A stretch of DNA of 64,000 bases from Balamuthia mandrillaris (Eukaryota), in NCBI GenBank assembly GCA_031835245.2, contig JAVKOQ020000040.1, forward strand, positions 62,001 through 126,000, in the 5' to 3' direction. Shown here piece after piece: positions 8,039-22,024 of the stretch. Position 1 is the first letter of the stretch. Each line of letters opens with the position of its first letter. The notes below the pieces were generated by a model, which saw only the letters and a list, made by a program, of their open reading frames with translations, ran no database searches and was not told the DNA's origin. The translations under genes were made by a program, and so were the position numbers.

Positions 8039-11000
8039 TTACAGAGAGAGCAGCAAATCATCATCCTCGTCCTCATCCTCTTTTCTTCGCGCCGCTGTGG
8101 AAACGGTTGTCGTGGAGGTTGCAGTCCTCCCTCCTCCTCTCGCCACATTCTTCTTTCCTGCTCCCTCCTCCTCCTCATCCGACAGCAAGTCATCGCTGAG
8201 GTTGCCGTCTTCCTCCGTCGTGTAAAACGGAATGTCGCTCCTTCTTGCTTCTCTTCTGCCGTTTCCTTCTCCACCGCCCTCATCATCCTGATAAGGCTCC
8301 ATCTCCATTCCATCGGCGTACTCCTCCAAGCCCATGGGGAAGTAGCTCCTCCGCACCATCTTCCTCTTCTTGTAGGCAAACCACACGGCCCATCCAACCA
8401 CGCCCAAAACGCTCAAGCACAACAGCACAATGCCCAGCACCTTCACAAACGCAATAAAGCCGCTCAAGCCTCCTTTTCCTCCGTTCTTTCCGTTGTCCTT
8501 GTCGTTAAAGTGTTCGCAGTTCTCGCCAGAGTAGCCGGGAGTGCAACGATCGCAGGAGGGAGAGCCATCCCAATTGGGCGGGCAGACGCAACGGTTGTGA
8601 ACGTCACAAAAACCGCCGTTCATGCAAGGAGGGCTGCAAACGCCGCTCTCGTGGCAGCGCGGCCAGTCGGTTCGCCCTGGGGCGCACTGTTGGCAGCGAT
8701 CGCCTGCGTAGAGTGAGCTGCATTGGCAATGGACGCGGCCATCTCCCGTAGTGTTCACACAAGCGCCCAAGGGAGTGCACACATTCTTTCCTGGCACGTT
8801 TGGTTGATAGTCCTCCTCCAAACATCCACAACTGTTAATGAGGCATGGTTGTCCTTCTCCTGAATGATCTCTCACGCATTGTAAAGGGGAAGAAGTGGAG
8901 ATGTTGTGATAACCAGCAGCACAACGTTGACAACGATCGCCGTCGTAGCCAATGTCGCAGAGGCAACGATCGGTGCGGAACATGCCGTTGGCGCCGCAGC
9001 CGAAAGGAGCGCTGCGGTACTTGTGAAGAGAGGGAGGGGTGAAGAGGAGCGGAGCGCTCTCAAAGAAGAGAGACTCGGACTTGAGGTCGAGTGAGTAAAC
9101 CTTGTTCTCTTTGAGCTCGTTGTGATCAAAGAGAAGTACGTAGGTGGGACGAGAGTTGCGAAGCCAGACTTGTTTGGGGAAGATCTCCTTTCTATCTTGT
9201 CTCTTGTTGTTTGAGTCTCTCTCTTTCTCGAGGAGGTAGAAAGCTGAACGAATGTGTTCAATGTCGTTCTGGCCGATGGTCAAGTTGACAAACTTTCCGT
9301 TTTCTTTGGCTTGAAGAGGAGGCAATACAGCACTGCCGCTACCAATTGTTTCCTCCTTTGGCATTCTTTGCACCGAGAGAAGAACGCTGAACTCGTCGTC
9401 GGGGTTTAAGTCTCTGGTAGCAAGAGGCAGGACCTCGCTGACGTACGCTCCCTGAGGGTCAACCAGCACTTGCAGAGAGAAGGCAAAGCGATAGCACCGC
9501 TCGTCCTTTGTGGAGGAGAGCTCGTCGAGGATGTGGCCTCGCTGTTTAATATGAAGCATGTGCTTGGCTCCTGGGTTGACATAGATGTCATTGAGAACGA
9601 GTTGATGAGTGACCATACCGTCGAGGAGCGCTTGCCTGCCCATCACCAAGTGAGAGAGGGTGCTGCGTTTGCCCCAGGAGGTATCCAGGGAGGCCTCCAT
9701 CCAAAAGTTGTTGATGAGGGGATCGAAGGAAAGAGTAGCGATGACGGTCATTCGCTGGTCCTGACCTTCAGCGGCCGAGGGCAGAGTGATTTCGATCGGA
9801 TAGTCAAACAAGGGAGGTTCCTTCTTCTTTGTCGAATCATTTGGTTTGGGGGTGGAGGTGAACTGGTCCATCTGTTGTTGAGTTACGTGAGAGTCAAAGA
9901 CAGAGTAGTGGTAGGGGAAAGCCGCATTGGGCACGTTGCTGTTCTCCTTATCCACGGTGATCTTGCTCGTTGGCAGAGACGAGGCGAGAGAGGGGCATGT
10001 CAGGCTCTTCTCGCTCAGTGCATAGGGCTCCATGATGAGGTTCATAGCAAAGACGGGACAGGTTTCCACCCAAAACTCTTGCGTGTAGATGAACTGTATC
10101 TCAAACTCTGTGCCTCTCTGTCCGTTATCTTGCGACGGCCAGAAAAAGTCGTCTTCACCAAAGTCAGGATGAAGGTCAAAGATGGCAAAGGAGGTAGTCT
10201 CTCCGGCGTTGCTGTTGGCAAAACTTTGCAAGGGCTCCACCAAAGCTCCGGTTCGGCTGTTTAGAACCTTAATGTTGACTTCGAGATGAGCAAAGTCAGC
10301 CGTTCCCGTGAAAATGCTCAACAGGCTGCGCTGCGTGATGTTGATGCGCAGGATGTCGCCAGCACCGTCAATGTGGGAGGCCAAAAAGTTGTGAGCCCAG
10401 AGATGAACCCTACCACTGTCAGTGATAGGTCCACCATAAGGGAAACTGCCGCCGGCAATGGTGGTGAGATCTGTGGGGACACGCGCCAAGTCGAAGCAAC
10501 GAGTCGTGCCTTCACGCTTGGATGCCTTCTCTACAAGTACAGTAAGAGAGTAGGGCAAACAACCTTCATTGTCGTCTTTCTTCTTTCGTGAGGAAGATGA
10601 AGAGGTTATCCAAGAGATAAGGTCATCATCATCGCTGGTACGATACAGCTCGAGAGTGTAGTTGCCTCGTCGTACGATGTTGTTGACGGTGTTCAAGTTT
10701 CGGAAGCTGCGTCCATAAGTGGTTTCTCTGTCACGATGACCAGGTGCAATGATTGGCTTTAGGGTCCACTCCAAGTCGTTAAGAAGGAAGTGGAAGCCAG
10801 CCTCCGCGTAGATGACCGCCTCCTCCATCAATTCCAGACGGAACGTGACCACTGGTTTGCCAACGTCGCCTCCCAAGGGCTGCCAAGCAACATCGCGCGA
10901 GTAAAAGAAGGATCCCGTTTGGTTGCTCAGCTTCACGTCAAATTCGTTCTTATTTTGCTGTTGAGCGGCCGCGCATTCAGAAGGAGAGATCTTCAAGCGA

Positions 11001-14000
11001 TGGAAAGCCTCTGCGGTGTGTGCCAGGGGCTCTACCGCCAGCTCCGTGTTGACAAAGAGGTTAAAGTCGAGGTTGGAGTCGGTAGCCAGCGTAAGACGAT
11101 AGTTCACATGCGGCTCCAACAGGTGAGCCAAATGGTCAGAGCCGAGCACTTCGGGCACTGCCTCTCCTTGCTTGGCAAGGCTAAGCGAAACCGCGCCATC
11201 GTTGTTGCCGTTACTACCAACACTTTCTCCTTCTGCTAACTGAGTGGACAAACGAAGGATGGACTGTTCTTCCACGCTAAAGCGAACGTCGCGACTGGTT
11301 ATGGCGGGAGTGAACATGAGATACTCGCGTTGTAAGTGCACATTGCCGCCGTGATGCAGGTAAGGCAGAGAGTTGAGGTTGGTGACAGGGAAAGGAGGAT
11401 GGCGAGAGTCGGCATGACGACCCAAGCTCGGCACAACGGACATGAGGAAGGTGAAGTAAGAGCAGCCAATGGTCAGAGGGTGGGCCTCCTCAACCGGCTG
11501 GTAGATCTCCAGCTGGTAGGAACCCTGCAGGAGACCCGCACGATGCAGCACGTGACGGTTGAAGCGATTGCTGCCATAGTAGATGGCACCGGTCTCCACG
11601 TGCGTCAGGTTCAGCGCCAAATCGCCCACTGCAAAGTCGTAACCAAGCTCCATGTAGAGATCCACAGTTTGACTGATGGTAAATGTATAAGTCATATGCG
11701 GAGAACCTTCGCCCTGGTCATCGCCGTGTTTCTGTTGGAAGTAGAGCAACTCGGACTTCGGAGCAACGGCACCGGCGTCACTGTTGCTAAAGTTCAACGA
11801 GGAGAGGTCCTCTCGCAGCAAGTTGCTGCTGTCATAGTGGAAATGGAGTGGGATGTGAGCAGGCATAGCGGGAGGCCAGTGATCCTTCTGTCCAGGACAT
11901 CCCGAGCGATCAATCATGGAGATGGGCTCAACAGAGAACTGCATGTTGAAGACGGGGCAGGAGGAGATCCTCTCAGGATACCAATTGAAAAAGGCCAAGT
12001 CCAAAACGTACTTCTTGCCAGCTTTCAACTCGCCCACAAGGGTCTCTTCCGTGTTCCATGAGAGGGAACTGGAAGCTATAGCCTCTTTGCTCTCTCCATC
12101 TTCCTTGATTCGATAGAGCATAAGGTCAATGTCCACATCATGAGGCTCCGTGTACACGCGGAAGAGAGAGTCCACGAGAGGATCCATGGTGATGCTGCGA
12201 GTTGCCAGGATGCTATCACCGTGAATAAACTCCTCAGGAATGGCAAAGGAATCAGAGTGGTAGGTCACCGAGGAGCTGCTTTGAAGGAAGCGAAGGGAGT
12301 TGAGCGTAACGGGGATTTCTTCCTTGATGCATTCTGCGGGATTGTTGTTCTTGACATGTTCGTCCTCCACACCTGAAACATCGACGACGGGCTCCAAGTG
12401 AAGATCGAACATGAAACGAGCGCAAGGGGGCATGTGGAAGGACGAGGCACGTGAGGAAGGAGTAATCATAGTGAAGAAGTTAAATGGCTGTCGGAAGATC
12501 CTGAGACGATAATGCCCTGGAGCGAGGACCTCATCTAACATCTTCCTGTTAAAATCATCCACTCCCGAAATAATCTGACTGCTGTGCATCACGTTTTCTG
12601 GCTCCAACTCCAATCGAAGGTCGGTGATGAAGAAGTTGCTCTCAAGGTTCACCCTCAGCCTCATCGACTGCTCGATGTGAATAGGATAAGTGGCTACGGT
12701 CTCCGTTTTACTTGTGTGATAAACTTCAGGAACGGTCAGTTCAAAGCTCTCACGAAGAGGATTGGGTAGCAGGGGCAGACTCTCCGAGAGAGCGAAACAC
12801 TCATCCTCATCGGTGGGAATGTTGTCGGTAGGTTCGATACCCAACTCCACAGAAGCCAAGGGACAAGCGCGTTCATCGTAGACTTGATCCGTGATCCAAC
12901 GGAAGGCGTAGGAGCCAGCAGAGAGCTGCGTCCATAACACGCCATCCTCCTTCACCTGCGTGCGAGTATAGCGGTTCTCCTTCTTGTTGACTTGATAGAG
13001 TTCCAACTTGGAGATGGCAGCAGGGGCGGAGATAGGAGTGATTGACACTTTGAAGAGGCTGCTTGTAGCGTTCAAGTCGAAATGGACCATGTGAGTAGAG
13101 GTGGAGGCGAAGATGTCTTGCACGTGGAGGGAACCACGTTGATCCAGGAAGTTGGGTTGGTTAAGGGAGTAAGGGAACTTGGCGGCAGTGGCGCAGGCGC
13201 TTGCCTCGTCCTCGTCCACAAAGTCCACCACAATGGAAAAGTCGTAGAGAGAGCATTCCAAGGAGTAGGGAGGACGGGTGAGTTGCAGAGTGAGGTTGTA
13301 GTTTCCGACAGGTAACAGTTCATCCAACACGTTTCTATTGTAAAGATTTTTGCCTGTACAGATTTTGCAACGAGAGAGGAGGTAAGTGAAAGAACAGAGA
13401 AACAAACAAGAGAAATATAACGCACCAACGATACGCAAACGATCATGAACATCACTGGTCAACATGATACTAAGGTGACTCGCAGGGAAGTCATAAGTGA
13501 CCTCGGTGTGAATGCGAGTGACCAGGCCAGCAGGTGGTTGATCAATAGTCAGTGGCACCACCCAAACCGAAAGTGGCTTGTGATGCTGCAACGAGGGCTT
13601 AGGATAGTCGATGTCAATCAAAGCAAGGGGTGCATTGGTTGCGGTGAATCCTCTATTGTACTCAAAGCTGTTTCCATCACGAATGAGAATTTCCCTCAAG
13701 GGAGGGAAGGTAGAGGCGGTGGTATGAGCTAGAGAGCGACATTGATCCGGGGAGGATTCACTGTCTAACGTTTTGGCGGGAATAATGGAGAGGTCTAAGT
13801 TGATGGTTTGGCACTGAAGACCCCCTCCAAAGTAGTACATGAAGCGAAGGGCGTAGTAATCGTCGCCAATGGTGGGCTGCAAGGTTTGATACATAGTTTC
13901 CTAGTTTTTGTTTTGTTTTAGAGATACAAGAAAGCAACAGGAAAAGAGAAAGGAAAGGAGAGAAGGGGAACCGGAAAGATGCTAACAGAAAAAGTTATAG

Positions 14001-17000
14001 GAAAGGAAAGCAGAGAAAATAACGCCTACCTCAAGATTGATGGAATAAGAGCCATCATCAATAGACTCAGTCTTTCCGTTGCTCATCTTAACCAAAGAAA
14101 TATCAGCATCCACCCAACTAGAGTCCATTACAACACGGAACACGCTCGTCTGGTTCAACTGGAACTTGATCTCTTCCGATCCTCTCTCCAGGTCAATAAA
14201 GTAATGACCGTTCAATCGAACCTCACCATCATAACCAAGATAGGCCATCGTGTTGAGGGAGGCAGGCAACAAAGGTTCCTTGCAGCGTGTGCTCTCCTTC
14301 AATGCGGTCTTCACTGGCACACATTCTGCTTTGTCTGCTCCTTCTGGCTTGCTCCATTCATAGCCAGCAGCACAAGCGGAGCAATATTTCTCTCCGACGG
14401 TGATGTAGCCGGTGAAGCAAAGACAAGTGGGATAGCCTTCCCAATCGCGACAAAAGCCGTGCTCATTGCAAAAGTTGGGAGTGCATGGTATGTTGTCTAT
14501 GCAGTTCACACCAGAGCCGTGATAGCCCTCCTCGCAGACGCAAGCTCCATCCACGCACTTGGAGTTCTCTCCACAATGACCGCCGCAATCATCGTCGGGA
14601 GAAAGGAAGGTGTACATTCGTCCTGTTTGCTGAGATCCCTCATAGGAAACACCGCCGTCGGCCTTAAACTCAGGAGAGAGATCCAGAATGAGCTCGTACT
14701 CAGTGCCCGCAGTCAAGCTGTTGGCAGCCCAAGTGGCCACCAGCACGGTATGTCTCCCTTGAAGGCCGCTCTCATCGGAAAACTCTAGTCTGGTAGGAAG
14801 GATTTCGTTCCAATCGGACTCATGCGGACGTTCCACACTGGGAGTGCGGAAGTAAAGTACCTTTGTGGCGCTGTCTCCTGTCCATTGAGTGAGCTGCTGG
14901 TCGTTGGCTGGCTCCACAACAGGATGAGAAAAGTGAACGCGCAGAGCAAATGGTTTGGTTGGATCGTAGACGTCATCACCGGGGGGGTCCACACGAATTA
15001 CTTTGGGGGCTTCCGGACGCCCATCAGCGATTAAGGAAAGAGAGAAGCGGTAGCAATAGGAGCTATGGTGCTCTCCCAATTGGTCCATTTTACGATCGAC
15101 ATACTCGTAGATGTCCAAAAAGTAGGTACCTGGCTCAAGCTCGGCGGCCAGAAGGTGATGCATGTCCACACGAAGGGAGCTTCCGTCGTCGAACGTGGGG
15201 GTGCTGTGGTGTATAGGGAAGAAGTCCTCCTCATCATTGCGAATTTGCAACATAAAGTCACTGATCAAAAAGTCGTAACCAATGTCAACCTCGATGACGC
15301 TACTCTCCTCCACGATGAGGCGCACGGTATATATAAAGGCGCCGGTGGAGGCATCATAGTTGTCATCAATTGTGGCCTGGCTGAACATGTAGTTGCCGTG
15401 GCGCTCTACATACTCTCCATTGAGACGGAACTCATCGGGCGGAAGACCGGGCAGAACCAACGGGCAGAGCAACTCGTCGTGAACTTGGGACACCGTCTTA
15501 ATCTCTAAGCCCAATTGGTAGTAGTTGCACTCTACCTGGTGGTTGATGCGGAAGTATTGAATGTTGAGGACGTAGGGCGAACTTTTTGGCTCGAGGCGGA
15601 ACAATCGGCTCTCCATCTCGCCAAAGTCGATGGAGAAGTCGATGGAGGACTCAGCGTCTTCCGATTCCATGATGTAAAAGTCCAAGTCGTTGCCGGAGAT
15701 CAAAGAGTGGAAGTAAATTCTCATGAAGACGTCTTCCGTAGGTACATTGAATGAGATGGGCTCTCTGGTAGTAATGTCGGCCGTAGGAGGAACAAGGAAG
15801 TGACTTCCAAAGAAGCGAATCGTTCCATCGTCATGCTGAAATGAAAGAAGGTTAAAACAAGGAATCTTACAAGTTTTTTTTAAAAAAAGGCAAACAAACA
15901 AACAAACAAACAAACAAACAAACAAACAAACAAACAAACAAACAAACAAACAAACAAACAAACAAACAAACAAACAAACAAACAAACAAATCAAAAAAAA
16001 AACTAAAGCGTACCTGAGGACCCCCAAAACCAACGCTACCACCTTCAGCTTCATACAAGTTACGTGGCAATGGCTCCGAAAGATCACACCCTCGATCGGG
16101 CACCGACTCCGCTGACTCCAGCACGTACCTGAGCTGGATGCGACTGCACTTGATAGGATCGGGATAGGGCAGGGGAGCGTTCTCCGTGTGACCAACGTTG
16201 GCAGAGTCAGTGATGCGGAGGGTGTAATTGCCGGCGCGAAGGCGCTCGCTAAGGAAGGCGTGGTTGTGGCCCAATTTTCCGTCGTAGAAAGAGCGAACGG
16301 GAACGTCGTGACCTGGTTCTCTTACCTCGCCGATCAGCGTCAGTTGCATGCCACTGCTAAGGAAGTCGAATCGCAAGTCAGCCAGGAAGACCTGCTGCTC
16401 TGCCAAGACAAAGCTGCTCTTCCACTCGAAGGGCTTCGTAAGCTCATCACCTCCTCTCGGTAAGGTGATGAGGACAGTCTTATTGGAGTTGAGTTTGCTG
16501 CCGTCGATAAAGTTCTCAGCAGGAAGAGAGCGTGCGCAGAGGTTGGAGGTAGTGGCAGTGGGGGGCAACAGGCGAGAGGGAGCGATGGCAAACTCCAGGG
16601 CAAACGTGGGGCAAGTGCTGGAGTGAGGGAGCTGGGCGCCCAAAGCAGGGTAATACTTCATCTGCAAGGAATAGTCGCCGCTGCTCAACAGGAAGGACAT
16701 GGCCTCTCCAAAGTAGCCTGATCGTGAAGCCAGCAGAGAATTACCTCGGAAGAGCTGGAAGTCTACATCGATGTGAGCATCGGGAGGAATGTAGAACCGC
16801 ATGACAGAGTTCTCCGTCACCGTCCAGCTCATGGTTTCCAGGCGAGTGACTACATCGGCCAGAACGCGGCGGTTGAAATGAGTGCTGTAGTCAGACAATG
16901 GTGAAAGATGGGAGATGGTGTCCAATGTGGAGGGCAAGGGGGCAGCATGGCATCCTTCGATGGTTTGGTCGGGTCGCTTGGGGTCGTACTCCTTGTCTTG

Positions 17001-17645
17001 CTCCACGATGGCGATGGTGAGGCTAAATTGCACGCAGGTTGCCTCCTCAGGATCGCTCAGCTCAGAGGTCTCGTAGATGACCAGAGTGTATCGCAGTGGG
17101 TTGTTGTTGGCATCAACAGCGGGAAGAAGCATTGTCGGCAAGTCGTTGTGGTTGTACCGGGTTTGTCCCATTGCCAATTCGAGAGTGTTATTGTTCGTCG
17201 CACTAGTTTCGCCGGTAGAAGAAAGCAACAGAAGGTTAAGATTGTTGACCAAGAAGTCGTAGCCTATAAAAGCGCGGAAGAAGACCGGCTTGGAGATGGT
17301 GAAGGGGATCTCATAGCGAAGCGGTTTCTCACCCTGAGAGAAGTTGAAAAGACCGGTAGTCTGGAAACGTCCGTTAGGTAAAGAGGCAGGTATCAGCGTC
17401 TTTGGGGGCATTAGGGTGGATGCTTCGGAGCAAGTTGGTGCTTTCTCATCGCTAGGGGCAATGCTCAGCTCCAGTTCAAAAGTCTTTGTTGTTGGTCAAA
17501 GTGAAAAATGTGAGATAGGAAAACTAAGAAAAAAACAAAATGATTGAATAGAGATAACACAATATTCAGAGATAAAATTTAAAAAATTGCTTCAAAATTG
17601 AAATGTCAGAGCGATACTGAAAGACATCATGTGGTGCGGTAAAGT

Positions 17646-17686
<41 letters not shown>

Positions 17687-17993
17687 ATACTTCGCAGCCG
17701 TCGAGAGCTTGGTCAGGTTCAAAATAACGAACAAGAAGTTCGTATTCGAAACCTTTCTTCATCTTCCAAACTAATTCTTCCTCTGCATTAAACTGCAAAC
17801 CCATGTCGACGAGTACACCGTCCTCGAAGAAAAGAAAATCAATGTCAATTTGATGAGGTTCAGAATATAACCTAAAGTCGGAGTCTACGGTTGGTGTGAA
17901 CGTCATGCTCTGAGATTTCATAAAGGCACTGCACATCATTGAAAAAGGTGAGTGAGAGTGGGAGGGGTAGGAGAGAGGGAGAGAGAGAGAGAG

Positions 17994-18027
<34 letters not shown>

Positions 18028-20160
18028 GGCAAATGAGAGGCAAAGATTAAAACAAGTACCCATCTAGTGAAGGAATCAAAAAATCGCCTTGCAAATGCAA
18101 CTCATTAGAAGCGTTGATGCTCGCCCACGTGTTCAGCGCGAATGGCAAGTCGTAATCCCAACAGTGAGGATCGTTAACCAATTTACTATTTGCTTTCAGG
18201 TGCAACTATGTATAACAAAGAAAAGCGTCGTTAAACCTTAAATAAAAATAAATAATAAAACTGGAGATGGAAGTTACCTCGAAAGTGAATGGCAAACATG
18301 TGGTGAGCTCGCTTTCTATGCCTTCCGGCGTGTTGCCCAAAGTGGGTAATTGCAGGCTGAGTATGTAAGAACCCTCCTCAAGTTCAGAGGTTGACAACAC
18401 GACCACCTCGCCTTCGTGTCGGCCATTAAGCGCCTGCGTAAACAGATATGAGAAAATAAAAAACAAGCAACAAGCAACAAGCAACAAGCAACAAGCAACA
18501 AAACGAGAGGGAGGAGTGCAATAACAGTACCACATCAGGATGATCTTTCTTGTGGAGAGAAAGACTCAAGTCTCCCAACAAAAAGTCGATGCCAACAGCC
18601 ACGTGGAGGGTAGACATCTCCGTCACTTCCAATGTTAACTCAACTAGTTTCTGCGGCGTGTCATACTTGCCATTGAAGGGATAGTAGTAAGTGTCCATCC
18701 CCAAACTGATGTCTCCGCTGTCTGCCTCCGAGATAGGATTGGGCAGTGTCGGCAACTTCGACTGGCAATCGTGGTGTTGAGGCTTTCTGGAAGAAGTAGG
18801 GGCGAGGGCGATGTGAAGGTCTGTTGGGTCGCAGAACACCTCCTCCGTGATGTAGGAATTGGGGAACTCGTAGATTCGGATGATGTAGTCCCCAGCAGCG
18901 AGGGTGGAGAAGAGAGCCTCAGGTTTGAACCAAAGGGTTGATGACATGAGTGGAGTATCACCTGTATTATTTTGTTAGAGCGAACATAAAAATACAACAG
19001 ACAAAAAGAAACAGCAAACAGGAATGGGATTAACATACTGCCAGCCTTGTGTACAGCAACGTCCAAGTCTTGGTCATATTCATCCAAGAAAATACGGATG
19101 AAACTCGGTTCATCAAGGTGGAACTGCAACAAACAAGAGGGGGATGAGTTAACACGGAAGCAGGAGATAAAAATAAGGAATAAGCATACTGAAATATCAT
19201 GAGAGTCTTCCTCTATGAAAACACGTTCATGATAATTAAGAAAACCACGATGCATGAAACCAGGATTGTTCAGATTGGTGGGAAGCCTTGGAGCTGTATT
19301 CATGAGGGAGCAATAAGATACTAGCACAAGAGAAGAAAATTGGGGGGGGGGGGGGAAAGATATTGCCAACCTTCACACGTAAGTAAGTCTTCATCGTGCT
19401 CCACAGCAAGAACATTAAGGTTGAATGTAAATGGAATACACGAAAGATCCAAGGAGGTATTCCTTTGGTCACTTCGTTCAAATATGTGGATGGAATAGTT
19501 GCCAGAAGTGAGGACCCAATTCAGCTCCTTCTCGTTGTAACGAACGCCGCTTGCCTCCACACAATCCTTAGAGAAAGGATCCAGGTACCGAGTTAAGCAA
19601 TCCAAGTTCTCAATTTGTGTGTGATTGAAGTAAAGCAACGCGCTATACGTAGATAATGCAACAACATTGTCAGGTGTGAGAGAGAAGAAAGGATGGAAGT
19701 GAAAGAGTAAAGCAAAAAGGAAAAGTACACTTACCCAACAGAACCTCCTGTCAAAAAGTCAAAGCCAAGGGCAGCTTCAACCCGCCAAAATCCAGAAGTG
19801 TAGGAAGGCAAAGTGAAATTGGTGGAAGCGAGGATACGAACGCCTTTGTCCGAAGAGGAGGGCTTCATTGCAAACGTCTCCGATGAAGTGAAGTTCCAAG
19901 CGCCGACTGGCATGGGCGACGGGAATTTCGGCAACACCTCCTGCCCTGGGCATCTGTAGGCATTAACTCTTGTCTGTGCTGTTGTCTGTTGAAGAGTGGG
20001 TCATCAGGTCCAAAGAAACAAAAAGATTAATGGAGAGAAAAAAAAAGGGTTAGGATGAGGCTACGTACCTCAGGCACAATGGAAAGTTCCAAGTTCACAG
20101 TCTCGCACTCGATAGACTCCGTTTGGAAAAAGTCTGAAAACAAAGGTCAGGCCAGAAAAC

Positions 20161-20196
<36 letters not shown>

Positions 20197-20805
20197 GCGA
20201 ATGAAACGTACTGAAGTAAAGAAAAGTGAAGGTATAAGAACCGCTGTCTAATGTAATGGCAATTACTTCCTCTTCCCAAAACTTTAACCCAGCATTCTAT
20301 GGAACGATATAAACATATTCGTTAGCGCAAATAACTCACAGAAGAGAAAAGAGAGCGAGAATAAGCAGAGAGAGAAAGAGAGAAGAAACAGGAGAAAGAG
20401 CAAACGAACCACAATAGCTTTAGGCGGCTCGCCCTCCACGATTTGATAGAGGTAGGCGTCAATGTCCCAGCGACGGTGCGGCGCCACATAAAGCCGCACC
20501 ACGCTCCTCTGGGTGAGGTTGAAGGCCATGTCGTGAGCTCCCTCGGTGAAGTTGGTGTAATACTCTCCGTGCAGGTGGAAGCCGTTCCTGCTGTTGCTCT
20601 CGTCCAGGTAGGAGAGGCTGTTGAGGGAGCGGGGCAGGCTCTCCGGCTTGTTGTCCAGGTGGCAGACGTTATGCCGAAAGGGTTGAGGGCCAGAGCTGCC
20701 ACTGAGGTCGGATTGTGTGAGGGGCTCCTGTTGGGCATAGGCAGCCGCAACTAAGAGGATGAGCCCGCATGCCAAAAACGTGGCGAGCACGCCCTGACGT
20801 GACAT
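8039..20805 (-). CDS. Very large type I membrane receptor-like protein: ~10 repeated beta-rich modules, 2 Ig-like domains, EGF/laminin-EGF repeats, one TM, acidic tail
   Basis: Signal peptide MSRQGVLATFLACGLILLVAAAYA. Collinear minus-strand ORFs (including a 1951-aa terminal one) are linked by GT-AG introns. Recurring LPxSLNxxxxL..H/F..S.FR.Y..DID motif, EGF cysteine patterns (CLCDIGYDGDRCQRCAAGY), TM LGIVLLCLSVLGVVGWAVWFAY followed by KKRK. Confidence 0.88.
15890..15989. repeat. (CAAA)n microsatellite in an intron
   Basis: About 24 perfect CAAA units between exons of the receptor gene. Confidence 0.95.
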
Positions 20806-20847
20806 GTGTGTCTTTGTGGCCTTTGCGGGGAAAGGTTTATATTTTAT

Positions 20848-20888
<41 letters not shown>

Positions 20889-22024
20889 AGGAGGAGGAGG
20901 AGAGCAGATGAAGATGGACAGATCAGAAAGATTATTTCTTTGGAAAAAAAATAGGGGGAAAGATTAAAGATGAGAAGAAAAAGTGGAGATGCGTACCAAA
21001 ATGAAGGAAACAATCTGGCTTCAAATCCCAAAAAGTAACAAGGACGCTGAGGAGAGTGTCAGCGTGCCGAGTGAAGGGATTAAATAAATAAATACCAACG
21101 AAAGAAAAAGAGAGAGAGAGAGACCAAGAAAGGGGCAAAGAAGAATGACAGACAAGGAGGAGCAGGTCAAGCCTCCCCCCTTTACCGTGGTTTTTTTTTT
21201 TCGCCTTTGGGGGTTCTCTCTCTTTTATTTTCGTTTCTTAGAGGGAAGAAAAAATAAGAAGAATCGAGGGGATGATGTCAGCAATAGAGGACCTTTCCTG
21301 CTGCAAGTCTGCTCAATTTGGTCTCCTTTGCACCTTTGCGTAAAACTCGAGGAAAAGCTGTCGAAAAATGGACCACGTGCCTATTTTAGTACCGTGACTT
21401 CCCGTTGTGGTCACTTTGTTCACAAGGGGAGCAGCTCCCGGAGTTTTTCCACTATCCGTTGAATATCTTTGAATTTCAAACGAAATTTGCATTCGTCGAC
21501 ATAAATGGGTGTCGACACAAAGGAAGAAAGAAAAGAAGAAGAAAGACGGAACATCCTAACCCAGAAAAGGCGCGCGAACGCTCCTCTTTTTTTTTTTTTT
21601 CTCCAACCAAACTAGCAAAACAACAAAAGAGATTACCTACAACTTGTGCTGAGCACGGTACAAAAAAAAAAAAATCAAAAATACTCGCAAAAATTTGATC
21701 GTACGTGGGGGAGAAGAAAAAAGAGAGAGACGCTCCACTCCTTTTCTTGTGGCTCTCTCTTTTTTTTTTTGAAAGTGATTAGGGACAACAAGGTTGAGTT
21801 TTGCATGAGGGCAACGCCTTAGTTCCACCACACCGGCCCTGTTTTTTTAAGAATATTTTGTATAGCTTGTGAATAGTTGTTGGATAGAAAGAAGAAACTT
21901 TAGAGAGGAGAGAAGTGATTGATTTGATTTTTTGTTTTTGTTATTTTTAGCATCACATTTTATTTTTTTGTAATCCAAGAGAGACGAACGGAAGAACAGA
22001 AGTAGAAAGAAAAGGGGGAAAAGA

